DNA of 11,242 nucleotides from a virus (Duplodnaviria; Heunggongvirae; Uroviricota; Caudoviricetes): IMG/VR virus record IMGVR_UViG_2693429549_000013; one strand, 5' to 3'. Shown piece by piece: positions 6,435 to 11,242 of this stretch (position 1 is its first letter; each line of letters starts with the position of its first letter). The notes under the pieces were generated by a model. It saw only the letters and a program-made list of their open reading frames with translations, ran no database searches and was not told where the DNA came from. The position numbers and the translations under genes were made by a program.

Positions 6435-7299
6435 GCAGTTCTGGCGGGTGCTGAAACCTGCCGGAAGTCTTTACCTGTTCTGTGGTCATCGCCTGGCATC
6501 TGATATCGAAATCATGATGCGTGAACGCTTCAGTGTGCTGAACCATATTATCTGGGCGAAGCCGTCCGGACGCTGGAACGGATGCAACAAGGAAAGCCTG
6601 CGGGCGTATTTCCCCGCCACAGAGCGCATTCTGTTCGCGGAACATTATCAGGGGCCGTATCGTCCGAAAGATGCCGGGTATGCGGCGAAGGGCAGTGCAC
6701 TGAAACAGCATGTGATGGCCCCGCTGATTTCTTACTTTCGTGATGCGCGAGCTGCCCTGGGGATAACGGCAAAACAGATTGCAGATGCCACAGGAAAGAA
6801 AAACATGGTGTCGCACTGGTTCAGTGCCGGTCAGTGGCAGTTGCCGAATGAAAGCGATTATCTGAAATTACAGGCGCTGTTTGCCCGGGTGGCAGAAGAG
6901 AAGCATCGGCGTGGTGAACTGGAAAAGCTCCACCACCAGCTGGTGGATACGTATACCTCACTGAACCGGCAGTATGCGGAGCTGCTGAGTGAATATAAAC
7001 ATCTGCGGCGGTATTTTGGCGTGACGGTGCAGGTGCCGTATACCGATGTGTGGACGCATAAACCGGTGCAGTTCTATCCCGGGAAACATCCGTGCGAAAA
7101 ACCGGCAGAAATGCTGCAGCAGATAATCAGCGCTAGCAGTCGTCCGGGTGACCTGATTGCAGATTTTTTCATGGGGTTGGGTTCGACAGTGAAAGCGGCA
7201 CTGGCGCTCGGGCGTCGTGCAATTGGCGTTGAGCTGGAGACTGAACGTTTTGAGCAGACGGTTCGGGAAGTACAGGATTTAGTCAGCCAGAACGGATGA
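6435..7299 (+). pseudogene. 5'-truncated second copy of the DNA methyltransferase (lacks codons 1-64 including the DPPY motif)
   Basis: Identical to 2378-3242 of the intact gene. The track ORF 6382-7299 gains a start codon and 18 foreign codons from the IS600 end, giving a possible IS-methyltransferase hybrid ORF. Confidence 0.85.
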
Positions 7300-7339
7300 T
7301 ATTGAAGAATTAATTACGCGTCGTTATTATGCGGCTCCC

Positions 7340-7415
7340 GGCCCTTTAGCTCAGTGGTGAGAGCGAGCGACTCATAATCGCCAGGTCGCTGGTTCAAATC
7401 CAGCAAGGGCCACCA
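7340..7415 (+). tRNA. ileZ: tRNA-Ile2-like (anticodon CAT), second copy
   Basis: Identical to 3283-3358. Confidence 0.85.
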
Positions 7416-7422
7416 TCACATA

Positions 7423-7499
7423 CCGCCATTAGCTCATCAGGAAAGAGCGCCAGCCTTCGAAGCTGGCTGCGCGGGGTTCAAGTCCCCGATGGCGGTCCA
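7423..7499 (+). tRNA. argN: tRNA-Arg (anticodon TCG), second copy
   Basis: Identical to 3366-3442. Confidence 0.8.
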
Positions 7500-7512
7500 T
7501 TATCTGCATCAT

Positions 7513-7589
7513 GCGTTGTTAGCTCAGCCGGACAGAGCAATTGCCTTCTAAGCAATCGGTCACTGGTTCGAATCCAGTACAACGCGCCA
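7513..7589 (+). tRNA. argO: tRNA-Arg (anticodon TCT), second copy; acceptor stem fully Watson-Crick (ACAACGC)
   Basis: Same as 3456-3532 except A at 7582, which converts the G-U pair to A-U. Confidence 0.85.
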
Positions 7590-7603
7590 CACTTATTTTC
7601 CCT

Positions 7604-7629
7604 GGCTCGCTTTTGCGGGCCTTTTTTTT
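7604..7629 (+). terminator. rho-independent terminator after the tRNA cluster
   Basis: Stem GGCTCGC / GCGGGCC (one G-U pair), TTTT loop, followed by eight T. Confidence 0.6.
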
Positions 7630-7637
7630 AAATGTCT

Positions 7638-7850
7638 CACAATTCAGACGGTTGACAGTTGTCTGTTTTGCGGGGAGTTTGTTAAAAGAAACTGGCATGG
7701 TGAATCCCCCTGTGCGGAGGGGCAATCAGCGAGTAGGTATATGGGATAATCGCGGATTCAGGTGCTGGTACTGAATTCACCGGGAGGCACCCGGCATCAT
7801 GCAATGGCACATAGCGCCACTCTCCAGCCCTCTCCGGAGGGGCTTTTCTG
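7638..7850 (+). ncRNA. structured module copy 2 (candidate small RNA)
   Basis: Same architecture as copy 1, with TTGACA at 7652-7657 and terminal hairpin at 7826-7844 followed by TTTTCTG. Confidence 0.4.
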
Positions 7851-8038
7851 TGCCGGATACATCACAGTTTCTGGAACCTTAGGTACTACAGTATCAGTCA
7901 GGGTGCTATATTTTCAGATGTGATGAAAGCCTGTCAGCAGGCAGGGCGTATCGGAAATGACCCAGTAGAGAAAACGTTGACTCAGATACCGGTGCTGAGT
8001 TACCGGGAAACCGGCATCACATGACCGCTATCCTTCCA

Positions 8039-8065
8039 GGCCCATCCGCTCCGGTGGGCCTTTTT
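8039..8065 (+). terminator. rho-independent terminator between module copies 2 and 3
   Basis: Stem GGCCCA / TGGGCC with a 10-nt loop, followed by TTTTT. Confidence 0.5.
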
Positions 8066-8104
8066 ACTGCAGAAAACAGGTTCCCCGTTAAATGCTATGT
8101 TGCT

Positions 8105-8337
8105 CACAATTCAGTAAGTTGACAGTTGCCTGTCAGACTGGGCATTTGTTAAAAAAATTTCGCATGGTGAATCCCCCTGAGCGGAGGGGCGACTGGTGAC
8201 GGTATAATCTCTGATTATCAAAACGAGAATGACGCGGGTTTAGTGGCACCGGGCTGAACTCACCGGGAGGCACCCGGCACCATGTGCATGATGATACAGA
8301 TACGCGGCTTTAGCCCCTCTCCGGAGGGGTTTTCTTG
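8105..8337 (+). ncRNA. structured module copy 3 (divergent; candidate small RNA)
   Basis: Retains CACAATTCAG, TTGACA (8119-8124), the CCCCT-gagcgg-AGGGG hairpin (a loop base differs, stem kept), the CCGGG-aggca-CCCGG hairpin and the terminal AGCCCCTC-tccg-GAGGGG hairpin plus T-run. Inter-hairpin spacers differ and include an insertion carrying TATAAT (8203-8208). Confidence 0.4.
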
Positions 8338-8342
8338 TGGGC

Positions 8343-8371
8343 AAAAAAAGCCCGCGCTGGGAGACGCGGGC
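8343..8371 (-). terminator. hairpin with A-run on the + strand (reads as an intrinsic terminator for minus-strand transcription)
   Basis: AAAAAAA then stem GCCCGCG / CGCGGGC with an 8-nt loop. No minus-strand gene lies upstream of it within the window. Confidence 0.35.
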
Positions 8372-8564
8372 GGCAAGGAATAAACAATAAAACGTGAAGT
8401 AATATTTCAGCTGGCGAATAATACCCCATAGTAATCACTCTGCGCAACTGCGCGGTCTTTTTCGAATTGCGGGCTGTCGTCTCTCTTCTGCCATTGTCCT
8501 GTAACTTCCGGACTTCAGCCCGCTCCTTATTTTACTCACAATATTATCCCGGCCGGGAGGATTC

Positions 8565-10418
8565 ATGGCATTTAAACACTATGACGTGGTCAGGGCGGCA
8601 TCGCCGTCAGACCTTGCGAAACGACTGACACAAAAACTGAAGGAGGGCTGGCAGCCGTTTGGTAGTCCGGTGGCCATAACCCCTTATACCCTGATGCAGG
8701 CGATTGCAGCAGAAGGTGATGTGGTCGTCAGTGGTGCAACTGAGCCGGAGTGGTACTACGTCATCGTACTGGCCGGGCAATCCAATGCCATGGCTTACGG
8801 TGAAGGTCTTCCGCTTCCGGATTCATACGATGCGCCCCATCCGCGCATTAAGCAACTGGCCCGTCGTAACACAGTGACTCCCGGTGGTGAAGTATGCGTA
8901 TTTAACGACATCATTCCTGCTGACCATTGTCTGCATGATGTTCAGGATATGAGTACGATTAACCATCCCCGGGCTGACCTGAGCAAAGGGCAGTACGGCT
9001 GTGTCGGACAGGGCTTACATATTGCCAAAAAACTGCTTCCGTATATCCCTAATAATGCGGGGATCCTGCTGGTACCATGCTGTTGTGGTGGTTCGGCATT
9101 CACCCAGGGCACGGAGGGGACATTCAGCGAGTCCACGGGGGCCAGTCAGGATTCGGCTCGCTGGGGAGTGGGTAAGCCGTTATATCAGGATCTGCTTTTC
9201 CGCACGAAGGCAGCATTGCAGAAAAACCCGAAAAACGTTTTGCTGGCGATATGCTGGATGCAGGGGGAATTCGATATGACGAATGCCAGTTACGCCCAGC
9301 AGCCAGCAGCATTTCTTGCAATGGTACAGCAGTTCCGTGCTGACCTTGCCGGGCTGGCGGCGCAGTGTCACGGTGGAAGTCCGGCATCAGTCCCCTGGAT
9401 TTGTGGCGACACGACATACGCGTGGAAACAAGAACACGGTACGCAATATGAAGTGGTATATGGTGCATATAAAGGTAAAGAATCCCAGCAGATTTATTTT
9501 GTTCCCTTTATGACCGATGGTAGCGGAGTTAATACACCGACAAACAACCCGTCAGAAGATCCTGATATTGCCGGGTCTGGTTATTACGGTTCGGCATCCC
9601 GAACGAACAAAAACTGGGTATCATCAAATCGCCCGACGCATTTCAGCTCATGGGCGCGTCGTGGCATTATTCCCGATCGTATGGCAACTGCTATTCTGAA
9701 CGTAGCCGGTCGCACCTTAGCCTTCATTAGTGGTAAGGCACCGGAAATCAAACCCTCGCCCGGCGGCGACACGCCATCGGGGCCGTCTGAAGATGCATCC
9801 ATACGCACAATCTCCCTGTTGCCGACAGCCGGAGACGCTGCTGCGCAGGGCTGGAGCATTAAGAATGGCGGAGTTCAGTTGTCAGATGGTGTATTTAAGA
9901 TCACCAAGCAGAGCAATAAAGCCTGGTCCCTGACGCGCCCGGTGGATGACGCAGTCTCCCTGCTGACACGGGGTGGCAGACTGAGCTGTAAGTTTCGACT
10001 GTCAGGCGCACTGACCAACAACCAGTTCGGTCTGGGAATTTATCTGTATACCGATGTAGCGTTACCTGACGTCGTGGCGATGACCGGGACTGGTAACCCG
10101 TTCCTGATGTCGTTCTTCACCCAGACCACAGACGGCAAACTGAATCTGATGCATCACAAGAAAGCAGGAAACACAAAGTTGGGCGAGTTCGGGAATTACA
10201 GTAACGACTGGCTGACGCTGGAGCTGGTGTTCACCGCCGGCAGTGCCACGGTTACTCCGAAACTGAATGGAGTGGCTGGCCCGGCATTCCAGGTCATAAA
10301 AGACAGTCTGACACTGGGGCTGAATGCGCTGACGCTGACGGATATTACCAAAAATGCAGCGTATGGCGTTGAGATAGAAAGTCTGGTGCTGGAGATAAAT
10401 GCACCGGCATCATCATAA
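8565..10418 (+). CDS. nanS-p: NanS-p-type prophage sialate O-acetylesterase (DUF1737 N-terminal domain plus SGNH-like esterase domain)
   Basis: 617-aa ORF with GGGAGG ribosome-binding site; N-terminus MAFKHYDVVRA and a GQSN motif (LAGQSNAMAYGEG). Position upstream of the lysis cassette matches the gene that follows stxAB in Stx phages. Confidence 0.85.
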   Translation: MAFKHYDVVRAASPSDLAKRLTQKLKEGWQPFGSPVAITPYTLMQAIAAEGDVVVSGATEPEWYYVIVLAGQSNAMAYGEGLPLPDSYDAPHPRIKQLARRNTVTPGGEVCVFNDIIPADHCLHDVQDMSTINHPRADLSKGQYGCVGQGLHIAKKLLPYIPNNAGILLVPCCCGGSAFTQGTEGTFSESTGASQDSARWGVGKPLYQDLLFRTKAALQKNPKNVLLAICWMQGEFDMTNASYAQQPAAFLAMVQQFRADLAGLAAQCHGGSPASVPWICGDTTYAWKQEHGTQYEVVYGAYKGKESQQIYFVPFMTDGSGVNTPTNNPSEDPDIAGSGYYGSASRTNKNWVSSNRPTHFSSWARRGIIPDRMATAILNVAGRTLAFISGKAPEIKPSPGGDTPSGPSEDASIRTISLLPTAGDAAAQGWSIKNGGVQLSDGVFKITKQSNKAWSLTRPVDDAVSLLTRGGRLSCKFRLSGALTNNQFGLGIYLYTDVALPDVVAMTGTGNPFLMSFFTQTTDGKLNLMHHKKAGNTKLGEFGNYSNDWLTLELVFTAGSATVTPKLNGVAGPAFQVIKDSLTLGLNALTLTDITKNAAYGVEIESLVLEINAPASS

Positions 10419-10568
10419 AAAGTGAGCCAGCCAAATGGAAGGTATCGTTAAACTCACCGGTAGTGTCAGTGGGTCGTCTGAGATGCCTGCATGAGTTATC
10501 AGAGCCATCAGTACTTAACTGGTGGCTTTTTTTATTGTTGTCAGCTTCCGGATAACGGGAGACGGGGT

Positions 10569-10784
10569 ATGTACCAGATGGAAAAAATCACAACAGGTGT
10601 GTCATACACCACGTCAGCGGTGGGAACGGGCTACTGGTTCCTGCAGTTGCTGGACAGGGTTTCCCCGTCTCAGTGGGCGGCAATAGGCGTGCTGGGGAGT
10701 CTGCTGTTTGGGCTGCTGACATATCTGACTAACCTGTATTTCAAAATCAGAGAGGACCGTCGTAAGGCTGCACGGGGAGAGTAA
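10569..10784 (+). CDS. S: class II holin / pinholin, S21-like, with dual-start motif (Met1 and Met4)
   Basis: The C-terminal two-thirds ([41 protein letters not shown]) matches phage 21 S as I recall it. MYQMEKI gives two in-frame starts. The track ORF begins further upstream at 10491, probably not the true start. Confidence 0.8.
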   Translation: MYQMEKITTGVSYTTSAVGTGYWFLQLLDRVSPSQWAAIGVLGSLLFGLLTYLTNLYFKIREDRRKAARGE

Positions 10785-10788
10785 TTCA

Positions 10789-11103
10789 ATGACTCAAAAC
10801 TATGAACTGATTGTGAAAGGGATCCGCAATTTTGAGAATAAAGTTACGGTAACTTTAGCGTTACGGGACAAAAAACGCTTTGACGGTGAAATTTTTGACC
10901 TGGACATCTCGCTGGACCGTGTTGAAGGTGCCGCGCTGGAGTTTTATGAGGCAGCAGCCAGAAGGAGCATCAGACAGGTCTTCTTGGATGTTGCTGCCGG
11001 GTTATGTGAAGGGGACGAGCTGTTGCCAGAAACGCGCCCCTGTTCAGAGGCGCGGTATACCATAAAAATTAACAGTTCTGATAACTCGATTACGGGTTGT
11101 TAG
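10789..11103 (+). CDS. hypothetical protein (104 aa, acidic, no transmembrane segment) between holin and endolysin
   Basis: Open frame starting 5 nt after the holin stop, with GGAGAG upstream. No recognised motifs. Confidence 0.5.
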   Translation: MTQNYELIVKGIRNFENKVTVTLALRDKKRFDGEIFDLDISLDRVEGAALEFYEAAARRSIRQVFLDVAAGLCEGDELLPETRPCSEARYTIKINSSDNSITGC

Positions 11104-11158
11104 CTTTTTGCAGTTGGCTTTCCAGTATCTTTCATTGGTAGCATCCTGATAAATATCC

Positions 11159-11242
11159 ATGAGCGCAAAAATCAAATACGGCCTGTCAGCTGCTGTTCTG
11201 GCGCTGATTGCAAAATGGCATCTGAATCGATCGCAGTTTGGC
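11159..11242 (+). CDS. 5' end of probable endolysin (partial; hydrophobic N-terminus YGLSAAVLALIA suggests a signal-anchor-release type)
   Basis: ATG at 11159 in the expected position of R after the holin; the ORF continues beyond the window. The assignment rests on position and N-terminal character only. Confidence 0.4.
   Translation, partial: MSAKIKYGLSAAVLALIAKWHLNRSQFG

Larger units (their letters stand above)
6435..7589 (+). repeat. copy 2 of the 1155-bp duplicated methyltransferase-tRNA block
   Basis: See copy 1; constant offset of 4057 bp. Confidence 0.9.

Noticed and set aside
8203-8208. Perfect TATAAT inside module copy 3 as a promoter
   Set aside because: No acceptable -35 or extended -10 at the right spacing, and the hexamer is absent from copies 1 and 2 (GATAAT there); cannot be supported as a promoter from sequence alone.
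4201-8337. Three repeated elements with palindromic cores considered as a CRISPR array
   Set aside because: Repeat units are ~210 bp rather than 25-40 bp, spacing is irregular (3.4 kb and 0.25 kb), the copies are diverged, and no cas genes are present.
3533-8564. Looked for stxA/stxB (Shiga toxin) genes in their expected position between the tRNA cluster and nanS-p
   Set aside because: No reading frame resembling either subunit is present; the ORFs in this interval are unrelated or explained by IS600 and the duplicated methyltransferase.
8942-9933. Multiple short ORFs on both strands inside the nanS-p gene
   Set aside because: All lie within and out of frame with, or antisense to, the 617-aa esterase ORF.
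10491-10568. Upstream extension of the holin ORF to ATG at 10491
   Set aside because: Adds 26 residues not found in S21-type holins; the dual-start MYQM at 10569 with an upstream G-rich ribosome-binding site is the more plausible start.
10880-11065. Alternative-frame ORF inside the 104-aa gene
   Set aside because: Overlaps the better-supported frame that starts right after the holin stop.

Overview
This window reads as the late-regulatory and lysis region of a lambdoid (Stx-phage-type) prophage from E. coli/Shigella, all on the + strand: nin-region ORF, RusA resolvase, antiterminator Q, a lambda-like pR'/tR' unit, a small PapI/FaeA-like winged-helix ORF, an orphan DPPY DNA methyltransferase, a tRNA-Ile(CAU)/tRNA-Arg(UCG)/tRNA-Arg(UCU) cluster, then accessory DNA, a nanS-p-type esterase gene, an S21-like pinholin, an unknown ORF and the start of a probable endolysin. 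No stx genes are present where Stx phages carry them (between the tRNAs and nanS-p). That slot instead holds AT-rich unassigned DNA, an IS600 copy (1264 bp, minus strand) whose two flanks are unrelated gene fragments, a 1155-bp near-identical second copy of the 3' methyltransferase plus tRNA cluster, and three copies of a ~210-bp structured non-coding module (conserved hairpins ending in an intrinsic terminator) that I interpret as a candidate phage small-RNA family. All calls come from reading the sequence and from recalled family knowledge; no database search was run.
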